This document shows, piece after piece, positions 54,996 to 64,000 of a stretch of 64,000 bases of DNA; the first letter of the stretch is position 1; every line of letters begins with the position of its first letter. Under the pieces are notes generated by a model, which saw only the letters and a program-made list of their open reading frames with translations, was not told where the DNA came from and searched no databases. Where the stretch lies: positions 766,551 through 830,550 of the forward strand of contig JAAEPZ010000538.1 in the NCBI GenBank assembly GCA_024231955.1, read 5' to 3'. This stretch comes from a bacterium. Its GTDB lineage: Bacteria; Krumholzibacteriota; Krumholzibacteriia; JACNKJ01. The position numbers and the translations under genes are program-made.

Positions 54996-55593
54996 GGATT
55001 TCAAGGAAAACCTGGAGACCTTCATCGCTGGGCAGCTGCCGGGGGGGGAGAGCGCTCTGTTGACGGCTCACCTTGAGAGCTGCTCCGACTGCGCCCGGTT
55101 GCATGCGGAGCGTCTTGAGATGCGTCGCAAGCTCAGGGAGGTGCTCGATACGCCGGCTCCGCCCGATCTCAAGGAGGCGATCCGCTCGACGTCGGCGGGG
55201 CATGAGTCGATTATCGAGGATGAGGATTGGGACGATGACTTCACGGGCGAGGAGTGGGAGGATCAGATCGACGGCTGTTCGATTGTTACCACCGCAGCCG
55301 TCAGCGAGCTTGGGCGCGACGAGATCGCCGCCGGCAGCGGGGAGATGGTTGGGTTTGCCCGGCTTAAAAGGGTGCTACCCTATGTTGTCGCACTGCTGTT
55401 GATCGCCGTTGCGCTAGTGACCGGGATTGACCGCTCCACTCCGTACCCTCTCAAACACGGAATCAGGGTGGAACCGCCGATTTACCATGAGAGTGATTTC
55501 GATGGCGGCGAGACCGAATTTGGCGGGCTGGAGTTCGAGGGGTCGATCATGACGGGCACTCCGATCGACGCACAAATCAAGCGGGAGGATTAA
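54985..55593 (+). CDS. Zinc-finger (zf-HC2) anti-sigma factor with TM helix
   Basis: C...HLESCSDC (HxxxCxxC); single TM; RBS GGAGG. Confidence 0.8.
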   Translation: MLCKDFKENLETFIAGQLPGGESALLTAHLESCSDCARLHAERLEMRRKLREVLDTPAPPDLKEAIRSTSAGHESIIEDEDWDDDFTGEEWEDQIDGCSIVTTAAVSELGRDEIAAGSGEMVGFARLKRVLPYVVALLLIAVALVTGIDRSTPYPLKHGIRVEPPIYHESDFDGGETEFGGLEFEGSIMTGTPIDAQIKRED

Positions 55594-55594
55594 C

Positions 55595-56410
55595 ATGAAG
55601 ATCCGGACAGCCGTACTTGTGACGATGATCCTGTTCAATGCGCTCGGAACGGTGGCCGCCCAAGCCGGCAGCCGCAAAGCCGCCGGCGAGAAGTCGGAGA
55701 TCATCCTGGCCAACGGCACCACCATGATCGGTATCCTACGCGCCGTGGCCCCCAGTCGCTATATCGTGCAAGGTGTACTGGAGGGGGAGTTGAACGCGGC
55801 GGAGGTTGCCTTCGAGGTCAGCGGCGACCTGATCAGGGGTGTCGACGGCAGATCGACCCTGCCCGCCTTCGATTCCCGAAAACGGATCATCGAGTCCGAG
55901 TGGTTCGAACGGGTGATGCCCAATGGCGATGTGGAGATGTGGAGGTCGCTGACGGTCGGCAACAACTCGCAAAAACTCCTCACCTATGCCAGTTGGGATG
56001 TGGCGGACCGGGAGGTCGCATCCACACGGGAGATGCTGGTCATGGACATGTTCGGTCAGGAGCTCGTCCACAGATTGGAGGAGGCCGACGGGGAGCACGG
56101 CCGCAGGGTCGTCGTTGAACTCGAAGTGCCCGTGGCGCCGGGCGAATCGCTGGACCTGGCCCTGCGCCTGACGCAACGGGGCGCGTTGCGGCGTGACGGC
56201 GACCTGCTCAGCTACACCTTCAGTGGCGGCTTCTCCGGGGAGACGATCCTGCTGCGCAAAATCGAGTTGCCCGCGGGGGCCGAGATCGTTGCGATCGAGC
56301 CGGAACCGCTGTACACATTTGAATACGCTGGCAAACCGCTGGTCATCTGGCGACGTTATTACGGCCATCAGGAGATACTGCCCCAGACGATCACATTCCG
56401 CCTCCCCTGA
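55595..56410 (+). CDS. Exported hypothetical protein
   Basis: Signal peptide ending AAQA; RBS GGAGG; coupled to the anti-sigma gene. Confidence 0.75.
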   Translation: MKIRTAVLVTMILFNALGTVAAQAGSRKAAGEKSEIILANGTTMIGILRAVAPSRYIVQGVLEGELNAAEVAFEVSGDLIRGVDGRSTLPAFDSRKRIIESEWFERVMPNGDVEMWRSLTVGNNSQKLLTYASWDVADREVASTREMLVMDMFGQELVHRLEEADGEHGRRVVVELEVPVAPGESLDLALRLTQRGALRRDGDLLSYTFSGGFSGETILLRKIELPAGAEIVAIEPEPLYTFEYAGKPLVIWRRYYGHQEILPQTITFRLP

Positions 56411-56519
56411 ACGGGGAATTGCAGCTTTTCAAATCGGGATGATGATGCTATCCCTTTTCACGACTCCCCGCGACTAGGCGAGGGGCGTGAATCTCTTCAC
56501 TGCGACCTGTGAGGCGCCT

Positions 56520-58157
56520 ATGAGCAAGGACTCCCGCCTGCTGCGACGCGTGCTGCTGTTGCTCGGTTGTATCGTGGTTTTCGTGATCGTTTCCGGTTTC
56601 GGCTATCAGATGGGGATGCTCCATCTCGAGGGTAAGGAGCGCACCTACCTGCGCAGTGTGCTCACGGTCTTCGAGTCGCTGACCACTACCGGTTACGGTT
56701 GGGACGGGAACTGGGAGCATCCGGCTATGGGCCTCTACATGCTCTTCCTGCAGGTAGCCGGTCTGTTCTTCTTCATTCTCGCCTTTCCGATCTACGTTGT
56801 CCCCTTTCTGGAGACCCATTTCGAGCAGCGTCTGCCCACCTCGGCGGCCGATATCGAGGACCATGTGCTCATCTACAAGAGCAGCACAGCCATCGTGGCG
56901 TTGCTGCCGCAACTGGAGCAGGCCGAGCATCCGTTTCTGGTCATGGAGGATGATGAGACCGAGGGGCGGAAGATTGTGGATCGGAAGTACCGCGTGGTTC
57001 AGTGCGAACCGAACGAGGATGGACTGCGCGGCGCAGGGCTGATGCGCGCCAGGGCCGTGATCGCCAACGGCTCCGACGTGGAGAACGTCTCGCTGGCGCT
57101 CACCGCGCGCCAACTGGGCTACCAGGGCGATCTGATCGCCATAGTCACCGATCCGACCTATCTCGAACACATGAAGCTGGTCGGCTGCACCGATGTCCTC
57201 ACGCCACGCTATCTGCTCGCCGGTGCCCTGGCCGCGCGGGCCAGCGATCGGGTGAGTCCCACGGTGGCCGGCGCTCATCAGCTTGGAGCCCAACTCCAGG
57301 TGCGTCAGATCAGGATTCAGCCGGAGAGCGACCTGGCGGGGCAGGATCTCAATACGGCGGCGATCGGATCGCGGACCGGCGCTATCGTGCTGGGTCAATG
57401 GGTGGGCGGCAAATTGCGGATGGCCGCCGGGGCGGATATGGTGATTCAGCCGCGGGGGATTCTGGTGGTGGCCGGTTCCCATTCGAGCATCAACAACCTC
57501 AGCCGCATCGCCGAGGGGACCGGGCATAGCCGGGTCAGAGGCGGCATCGTGGTGATCGGCTTCGGTGAGGTCGGCGTCCAGGTGGTCAAGATGCTCCGCA
57601 AGGCGGGCGAGAAGGTTATGGTGGTGGATCGCATCCCCGCGGAGGGGGTGGATCTCGTCGGCGACATACTCGATCCCGACCTCCTGGAGCAGGCGGCGAT
57701 CTCCGAGGCCAAGGCGGTAATCCTGGCCATCGATTCGGACAGCTCCACGCTGTTCGCCACGGTCATCATCCGCGATCGCTGGGAGCGCGTGCCGATTCTG
57801 GCGCGGGTGAACAAGACTGACAACCTGGAGAAGATCCATCGCGCCGGCGTCGACTATGCACTCTCCTTCAGCCAGGTGGCAGGCAGCCTGCTGTCGAGTC
57901 GTCTGCTGGGCAAGCAGTCCTACGAACTCGACCCGCAGTTCTCGCTGCTGAAGTTGACCGTCCAGGAGCTGGATGGCCAGAAGCCGGCGGAGATGGACAT
58001 CAGAGGCAAGACCGGTTGCTCGATCGTGGCCCTGGTTCGTCACGGCGTGATCTTCACCCGCTTCGACGAGGAGTTCGGTTTCGAGTCGGAGGACGAGGTG
58101 TATATTTGCGGCAGTCACGAAGGGCTTGAGAAGTTCGAGAAGATTTTCGGACAATAA
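56520..58157 (+). CDS. K+ channel protein with two RCK (TrkA-N/TrkA-C) pairs
   Basis: Pore motif LTTTGYG; GFGEVG Rossmann motif; TGAIVLG and TGCSIVAL TrkA-C motifs. Confidence 0.88.
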   Translation: MSKDSRLLRRVLLLLGCIVVFVIVSGFGYQMGMLHLEGKERTYLRSVLTVFESLTTTGYGWDGNWEHPAMGLYMLFLQVAGLFFFILAFPIYVVPFLETHFEQRLPTSAADIEDHVLIYKSSTAIVALLPQLEQAEHPFLVMEDDETEGRKIVDRKYRVVQCEPNEDGLRGAGLMRARAVIANGSDVENVSLALTARQLGYQGDLIAIVTDPTYLEHMKLVGCTDVLTPRYLLAGALAARASDRVSPTVAGAHQLGAQLQVRQIRIQPESDLAGQDLNTAAIGSRTGAIVLGQWVGGKLRMAAGADMVIQPRGILVVAGSHSSINNLSRIAEGTGHSRVRGGIVVIGFGEVGVQVVKMLRKAGEKVMVVDRIPAEGVDLVGDILDPDLLEQAAISEAKAVILAIDSDSSTLFATVIIRDRWERVPILARVNKTDNLEKIHRAGVDYALSFSQVAGSLLSSRLLGKQSYELDPQFSLLKLTVQELDGQKPAEMDIRGKTGCSIVALVRHGVIFTRFDEEFGFESEDEVYICGSHEGLEKFEKIFGQ

Positions 58158-58184
58158 CCCTCCCGGAGCAACCTGCCGATACGG

Positions 58185-58220
58185 GAAAACGGGACGCCTG
58201 CGCGCCCCGTTTTCGTTTTT
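58185..58220. terminator. Probable bidirectional terminator
   Basis: GAAAACGGG...CCCGTTTTC followed by GTTTTT, between convergent genes. Confidence 0.6.
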
Positions 58221-58247
58221 CCGATAGATTGAGCAACCTGCCGTCGG

Positions 58248-58781
58248 CTAATTGGATGCTTTGATCTCCTCGACCTGCACATCCTCCAGCAACTCCTTGA
58301 TCAGGCTCTTCAGCGCAGGCATGCCTCTGGGGTCGAAACCCTTGGCTGTCCAGGCCACGTTGCCGTCGACATCGACCAGGATGCCCGAGGGGATGCTGGA
58401 TGCCTGATAGGTGCGGGCAGCCTCCTGCTTGGCGTCATAGACGAGAAGGAATTTGGCGCCGATCTTTTCCATGTGCTCCCGGGCGGCCTTGACGGTTCTG
58501 TCGAGACTGACCGCGAGAACCTCGAAACCCTGACCGCCGAACTCCTCATGGAGAGCGATGATCTCGGGCAGCGCCTTGCGGCAGGGGGGGCACCAACTGG
58601 CCCAGAAGTCGATGTAGACGACCTTGCCGCGCAAACTGGAGAGGGTGATCTCCTCCTTGCCGTTCAGAGCCATGAGTTTGATCTCGGGCGCCTTCGTGCC
58701 CTTGGCCGGTAATGCGAATGCGGGTAGTGCCAGACTCAGGATCAGCAGCGCACCGGTGAGCAGGATGAGGCTTCTTTTCAT
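58248..58781 (-). CDS. TlpA-family exported thiol-disulfide oxidoreductase
   Basis: Signal peptide; DFWASWCPPC. Confidence 0.92.
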   Translation of the reverse strand: MKRSLILLTGALLILSLALPAFALPAKGTKAPEIKLMALNGKEEITLSSLRGKVVYIDFWASWCPPCRKALPEIIALHEEFGGQGFEVLAVSLDRTVKAAREHMEKIGAKFLLVYDAKQEAARTYQASSIPSGILVDVDGNVAWTAKGFDPRGMPALKSLIKELLEDVQVEEIKASN

Positions 58782-58814
58782 TTTGATACTCCCTCGTATT
58801 TACCCGGACTGCCC

Positions 58815-59267
58815 TCAGGCTTCCTGTCCCGGTTCGGTTGTTGTCGGCTCTATGCAATATTTGTACTCGATCTGGACCGAACTTTTCAACATTGCCGCGA
58901 CGGAACAGTGTTTTTCATAGCTCAGATCCAGTGCGCGCTCCACCTGTTTCGGTGTTGCCTCGCTCCTGATGTGGAACATCAACTCGATTTTCGTGAAGAC
59001 CTTGGGCATGGTGTCGGCCCTGTCGGCCACGGCCTCGACCCGCAGAGAGGCGACGGGTACCCGCATCTTCCGCAAAATGGTGACCACATCCACCGATGCG
59101 CAACCCGCCAGACTCATGAGCAGCAATTCGAGCGGGGTTGAAGCCCCGTTGCTGCCGCCGTATTCCACCGGCGTGTCCATGACGGTCCAGTGACCCGTAG
59201 TGGCGCGAGCGATGAAACTTGTTCCCGAAATCTGTTTGAGGTCCACGGACATCTTGTCATTCGCCAT
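58815..59267 (-). CDS. OsmC family protein
   Basis: PLELLLMSLAGC, KHCSV. Confidence 0.92.
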   Translation of the reverse strand: MANDKMSVDLKQISGTSFIARATTGHWTVMDTPVEYGGSNGASTPLELLLMSLAGCASVDVVTILRKMRVPVASLRVEAVADRADTMPKVFTKIELMFHIRSEATPKQVERALDLSYEKHCSVAAMLKSSVQIEYKYCIEPTTTEPGQEA

Positions 59268-59940
59268 CTATGTCACCCTCCCGGGTTGTGCTCGTGCGGG
59301 TGCTGAATTCTAGCACCTGCGTTACGTAGTCCGCCTCGGCCTGGGTGCCGATCGTGATGCTCTCCGGGTCCCCGTTGATCACCTGCTGGGGAACGCTCTT
59401 GACGTTGAAGCGCCGGGCCAGGTCCATGTTGTCCACGACATTGACCCCGATCGCCCGCACGAAGTCGGGCGCCGCCACCGCGAGACGATAGTTGAGGAGG
59501 ATGGAGGTCGGGCAGTGGGGGCAGGTTGGCGTGCCCAGCGAATGGAGCGTGACGGGATTGGTCAGGGTCGCCAGTTGCGCAACACTCTCCTCCCGCAGGC
59601 CGTGCTCGCCACCGGCCACCAGGATCAGAGTCTCGATCAGCGTACCCGCCTCGATGCCGTTGGGGGCGCCCAGAAACTCGATGGCATAGCCCAGATCGCG
59701 ACCTATGAGCAGCGCGGGGGAGGTGAGTCCCGCGGCTCGATCATCGTCGCCGAGTCGGCCCTGCGTCAATGTGATCCGGTCGTCCACCTCGATCAGCTCC
59801 GTCAGGAACTGCCGCGTGAATTCGCAGGCCTCCTCATTCTCCTGACCGGTGAGCAACGTGACGTCCACCGGTCGCGACAGCAGCTTGAAGCGCTCGCGGA
59901 TGTGTTTGATCGATTCGTCGTCCAAGAGACGGGTTGACAT
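59257..59940 (-). CDS. Two-domain thioredoxin-fold protein (PDO / AhpF-NTD-like)
   Basis: TPTCPHC, VKSVP; N-terminal fold retains a single Cys (EEAC). Confidence 0.8.
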   Translation of the reverse strand: MSTRLLDDESIKHIRERFKLLSRPVDVTLLTGQENEEACEFTRQFLTELIEVDDRITLTQGRLGDDDRAAGLTSPALLIGRDLGYAIEFLGAPNGIEAGTLIETLILVAGGEHGLREESVAQLATLTNPVTLHSLGTPTCPHCPTSILLNYRLAVAAPDFVRAIGVNVVDNMDLARRFNVKSVPQQVINGDPESITIGTQAEADYVTQVLEFSTRTSTTREGDIDGE

Positions 59941-59953
59941 GGTGCCTCCTGTT

Positions 59954-60253
59954 TCAGGCTTTTTTTTCGGTTGAGGGGCATCTCAACTCGATGTGGGCGA
60001 GCAGCGGCTCCACCAGCGCCTCGTTGATCGAGTAGCACGAGGTCTGTCCGTCGCGCGTCTTGTCGACCAGTCCGAGATCCTTGAGGATCCGCAGATGCTG
60101 GCTGATGTTCGGCTGTTTGAGGCCGAGGTCCATCTCCAGTCTCTGGACGCAGGCGCTCGTGCCCCGCAACATGCCCAGGATCCTGAGCCGTGTGGGGTGT
60201 CCCAGCGCTTTGAAAACCGAACCTGCCCGGTCGTAATCCACGGTTGTCTCCAT
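59954..60253 (-). CDS. ArsR/SmtB family regulator
   Basis: FKALGHPTRLRIL, CV, QPNISQHLRILK. Confidence 0.92.
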   Translation of the reverse strand: METTVDYDRAGSVFKALGHPTRLRILGMLRGTSACVQRLEMDLGLKQPNISQHLRILKDLGLVDKTRDGQTSCYSINEALVEPLLAHIELRCPSTEKKA

Positions 60254-60393
60254 TCGACAAGCGTATTCCGATATTCGCATATTCGGATAGTAGTATATAA
60301 TGATCTCTTGTCGTCCGCAAGGGGAGATCGGGTGGGTCTTGTAAGCCCTGATAAATCAAGGGGTAACATCCGGTGCAGAGCCTTGAGCCAACA

Positions 60394-61359
60394 TCAATCA
60401 GTGGTGGAGACCGTACTCTGCCGCCGCCTATTGATGTGGAGACGGGTGACATCCGGACGGGAGTAGTGCCCGGCCGGGTCGAAGTTCTGCCGCTCCTCCC
60501 GAATACGACGATGATCGATCTCGGCCGTGACCAGGGTCTCATCCGACCCCAGAGGTTCGATCAACCAATTCCCGTCCGGGCCGGCCAGGCAGGAGCCGCC
60601 CGCGGCGAACAGCTTTTCACCTCGGGCCAGAATCGTGTCGCGGTGCGGTGTGGCCGGAGGAAAATCCTCGGGACGGGTAACGCAGGATACCGACATCACA
60701 TACGAGCGCCCCTCCCGTGCGATGAAGGGGGTGATCTCCCGCGTGTTGTGGGGACCGCCGGGCCAGACGGCGACATGCAGGTCCTCGCCCAGGCCATAGA
60801 GCGCGGCGCGGGGCAGCGGCATCCAGTTTTCCCAGCAATTGAGGCCGCCAACCGTGAAAGCGCCCAGGGGATGCGTGCGGAGCCCGTTGCCGTCGCCGGG
60901 GGACCAGGTCAAACGCTCATCGTGGGTGGGCATCAGTTTGCGATGGAGCGAGGCGATCTCGCCGTCGCGGGTGATATGGGCCAGCGAGCAGTAGAGGCTG
61001 TGACCGCCACGATCGGCAGGGCGTTCGACCAGGCCCAGGTAGACCGCCACCTTGAACCTGCGGGCCTGCTCGCATACTGCGGTTAAATGACCGGCCTCGA
61101 CCTGAACTGCTTGATCCAGATAGAGGGCGTGCAGCTCCTTGTGGACGGGAGAATCGAATTCGGCCCCGGTGCGTTCGATCCAGAAGGGGTAACCCGGCAC
61201 CGCAGCCTCGCCAAAGGCCACCAGGTCGCAACCGGCGGAGCCGACCTCCTCGATCCGCTCCAGAACCTTGATCAGCGTGCGTTCACGATCCAGCCAGACG
61301 GGGGCAATCTGGGCCAGGGCCACTTTCAGGCGGTCGGGGTGTTTGCCGGTTCCTGTCAT
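60394..61359 (-). CDS. Nitrilase (carbon-nitrogen hydrolase)
   Basis: FGEA..PGYP, HRKLMPT, LNCWENWMP triad. Confidence 0.92.
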   Translation of the reverse strand: MTGTGKHPDRLKVALAQIAPVWLDRERTLIKVLERIEEVGSAGCDLVAFGEAAVPGYPFWIERTGAEFDSPVHKELHALYLDQAVQVEAGHLTAVCEQARRFKVAVYLGLVERPADRGGHSLYCSLAHITRDGEIASLHRKLMPTHDERLTWSPGDGNGLRTHPLGAFTVGGLNCWENWMPLPRAALYGLGEDLHVAVWPGGPHNTREITPFIAREGRSYVMSVSCVTRPEDFPPATPHRDTILARGEKLFAAGGSCLAGPDGNWLIEPLGSDETLVTAEIDHRRIREERQNFDPAGHYSRPDVTRLHINRRRQSTVSTTD

Positions 61360-61398
61360 GATCTCTCCTTGCGGATATGGTCAGAGCGGTGGCGAAGC

Positions 61399-62277
61399 TC
61401 AAAGATCGGCCAAAAATCGACGTGCGGCGGGGGCCAGACCCTGCATCGGCGCGTGCAGCACCTGAATCTTGCGCAACGGCTTCAGGCGCGGCGGACTGAT
61501 GAACACGACCTCATCACTCGGCAGACGATCTCCGAGCAGGTGCTCGGGCAGTACCGCCAGACCGAGCCCCGCGCGAACCAGTTGGAAGATCACCTCGGGG
61601 CGATCGATCTCCATGCGCACATGGAAGGGGAGGTCGGCCTCCTCGAACGCGCGCTCCAGGATTGAGCGCGAGACGGAGTGCCGCGGGTAGCTGATCCAAC
61701 CCTCCTGCTCCAGTTTGCGCCGTCCGGGACGGTGTCCCAGCCGCTTCTGAGCCTCGGCCGGAGCGATCACGCGCATGGGGTCATCCCGAAATGAGCGCCC
61801 CTCGAATCCCGTCGGTATCTCCTCGCCCAGCACGAAGGCCAGGTCGATCTCACCCCGTTTCAGGGCGGCGAGCAGCGGACGACTGCCGTCCACGCGCACG
61901 GAGATTTCGAGCTGGGGGTGCTGCCGGTTGAAGCGTTTCAACGGATCGGGTAGATGGATCATGGCCGCAACATCCACGGCGCCGAGCGCCAGGCGGCCAC
62001 TGAGCAGCCCCTTCAGCTGGGCGATCGCCTGCCTCCCCTCCTCGACGCGTCGGACCACGTCCCGCGCAACGGGGAGAAATATCTCCCCCGCCGCCGTGAG
62101 TCCGATCTGTCTGCCGCGCCCTTCGGGGCGCTTGATGAGAAGTTCACCGAGATGCTGCTCGAGCGCCTTGATCGACTGACTGACCGCCGGTTGGGTGATG
62201 AACAGTTTCTCCGCCGCGGCACGGAAGCTGCCGCTTTCGATCACGGCCAGAAAGCATTCCAGTTGACGACGCTCCAT
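61399..62277 (-). CDS. LysR family regulator
   Basis: GSFRAAAEKLFITQPAVSQSIKALE HTH. Confidence 0.95.
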   Translation of the reverse strand: MERRQLECFLAVIESGSFRAAAEKLFITQPAVSQSIKALEQHLGELLIKRPEGRGRQIGLTAAGEIFLPVARDVVRRVEEGRQAIAQLKGLLSGRLALGAVDVAAMIHLPDPLKRFNRQHPQLEISVRVDGSRPLLAALKRGEIDLAFVLGEEIPTGFEGRSFRDDPMRVIAPAEAQKRLGHRPGRRKLEQEGWISYPRHSVSRSILERAFEEADLPFHVRMEIDRPEVIFQLVRAGLGLAVLPEHLLGDRLPSDEVVFISPPRLKPLRKIQVLHAPMQGLAPAARRFLADL

Positions 62278-62417
62278 CGCGACCCCTTTGACGACATCCG
62301 ATCGGACACATGGTTACGTGATATGATAAGGTGCATTGATAGTACATTTTGTCGTGATCAATATCAATGATCGAGGACGGATCTCATGATTCAGTGATCC
62401 GCCGTTCCGTTTTCCTC

Positions 62418-63671
62418 TCAGCTCAATTCGGCGAGATCAACCACCCGATGCTCCCGGCGCGCCAACTCGGCGGCGAAGACCATGAGGTGGCTCTCCAGGG
62501 ATTCCCGCGCACCCGACAGGATCAGACTCCGATCCTCCGCGGCAACGGCCCTGACGAATGAGTCCATCAAACCGAAATCGCCGCCGTCGTGCCCCGCAAG
62601 CGTGTCGTCGTCCAGCGATGTGTCGAACTCACGAGTTGTGTCCCTCCTGAAATCGTAGAGTCGGAGCTTGGCTCCGTCGCCGGTGAGCTCCCCATGCGTG
62701 CCGAAAATGCCTGTGCGACGGGCCGTCGCCCGGGTGAAGGCCGTCATCGTGAATGCTGCGGTCCGGTCGCCTTCGAAGAGGAGATTGACTATCTGATGAT
62801 CGACCACATCGTTGTCGCAATCATAGACGCAGCGGCCATAGGGACCCTCACGCAATGCCTGGTGCAGGTTCTCCTCGGTGACCTCCTCGCAGACCACATC
62901 CAGCGGCCAGCCCGTTGTCCCCTTTTGGAGGAAGCCGGAGTAGATTACGGGGGCGGAGTAGGGGCAGCTCGTTTTGAGGATGCAGTCGAGGCAGCGAGCA
63001 CTCGCACCGGCGGGTTTGTTGGCGGCACGGAAGTGGGTAAGGGCGCCGAAGGAGGAGGTCGAGAGGCAGCGGCTACCCATGATATGGCGCAGCCAGTCGA
63101 GATCGTGGCAGGATTTGGCCAGCAGCATGAACGTCGATTCGGTTTCGTTGCGCCAGTTGCCCCGTACGAATGAGTGAGCCTGGTGCCAGTAACCAACCGG
63201 TTCCAGGTGCTGAATGCTGATGATCTCGCCCAGCACTCCCGATGCGATCAGCTCTTTGAGTTTGCGCGTGTAGTTCGAATAACGGAGCACATGGCAGACC
63301 GCGAAGATGATCCCCGCTCTCTCCACCGCGCCGGTGATGCGACGGCAGCCTGCGGCGTCCGGCGCCATCGGTTTCTCGAGCAGCATATGATAGCCGCGGG
63401 CGGCGAATGCCTCGGCCGGTTCGACATGCATGGCGTCCTGGGTCGCGATGATCACGCCGTCGGCGAACCGTTCGCGCGTGGCCATCTGCCGCCAACCGGA
63501 GAAACGATTCGCGGCGGGAATCTCATGCGCGTCGGCCAGTTGCCGTCTGAAGTACTCGCGGGGCTCGGCCACCCCCACGATGCGGAGACGGTCGGGATGG
63601 GCGAGAGCGTATTCGGAATACGCTGTTCCGCGGCTGCCCGCGCCGGCGACAATCAGGCTGATCCGTTTCAA
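62418..63671 (-). CDS. Gfo/Idh/MocA oxidoreductase; start uncertain
   Basis: AGAGSRG, EKPMA, CHVLRY, HSFVRGNW, AKSCHDLD. Confidence 0.92.
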   Translation of the reverse strand: MKRISLIVAGAGSRGTAYSEYALAHPDRLRIVGVAEPREYFRRQLADAHEIPAANRFSGWRQMATRERFADGVIIATQDAMHVEPAEAFAARGYHMLLEKPMAPDAAGCRRITGAVERAGIIFAVCHVLRYSNYTRKLKELIASGVLGEIISIQHLEPVGYWHQAHSFVRGNWRNETESTFMLLAKSCHDLDWLRHIMGSRCLSTSSFGALTHFRAANKPAGASARCLDCILKTSCPYSAPVIYSGFLQKGTTGWPLDVVCEEVTEENLHQALREGPYGRCVYDCDNDVVDHQIVNLLFEGDRTAAFTMTAFTRATARRTGIFGTHGELTGDGAKLRLYDFRRDTTREFDTSLDDDTLAGHDGGDFGLMDSFVRAVAAEDRSLILSGARESLESHLMVFAAELARREHRVVDLAELS

Positions 63672-64000
63672 GCAAACACCTTGCTTCGCATTTGGGGGGC
63701 GTAGGACCGGAGCCAACGGCCGTAAGCACCATGCCCCGGTACATCGTCTGATATCCGCAGCCGATTCCCCGCCCACAATCGTCCACAACACTGCGCCAGG
63801 TGCAAGCAGTCGCATCTGTCGCGACTGCGGCATCTGGGAGAGCATATCGGGAATGGCGGATACTGACAAGGCCGTCGCGCATAAAGGCGCGCTACTACAG
63901 AGTGTCGGCCGATTCCCGGATAGGGAGATGACCGCGACGGAGAGAGGGGGATACCGGTGTTCGGCACCGAGACAGCAAACAAAAGTTCAGCTCAAAATCG

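Overview
High-GC bacterial chromosomal window. Four secreted proteins end in a PNPFNP...FlgD-Ig/T9SS-like tail and a GWxTD-type protein is present, which suggests an FCB-group candidate phylum such as Krumholzibacteriota, Eisenbacteria or Latescibacterota (inference). It holds a complete F0F1 ATP synthase operon, mtnA-aldolase, a DEAD-box helicase, an alpha-amylase, envelope glycosylation genes, a subtilase, an MCP with CheW, nadA, a K+ channel, a redox operon, a nitrilase and a LysR regulator. The most interesting signals lie outside the ORF track. (1) An array of three near-identical 25-aa hydrophobic WW-tailed peptide genes (plus a decayed fourth) sits directly behind a GAF-sigma54 activator, with a palindromic UAS candidate and a -24/-12 promoter. 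(2) A 58-aa signal-peptide-bearing small ORF has a 3' UTR that can fold back over its own RBS and start codon; it lies just upstream of a degenerate Ser/Thr kinase-TPR protein with a low-GC TPR block. Together these suggest a sigma54-linked small-peptide signalling system. An internally deleted ECF sigma pseudogene is also visible. All product calls come from motif recognition; no database search was run.
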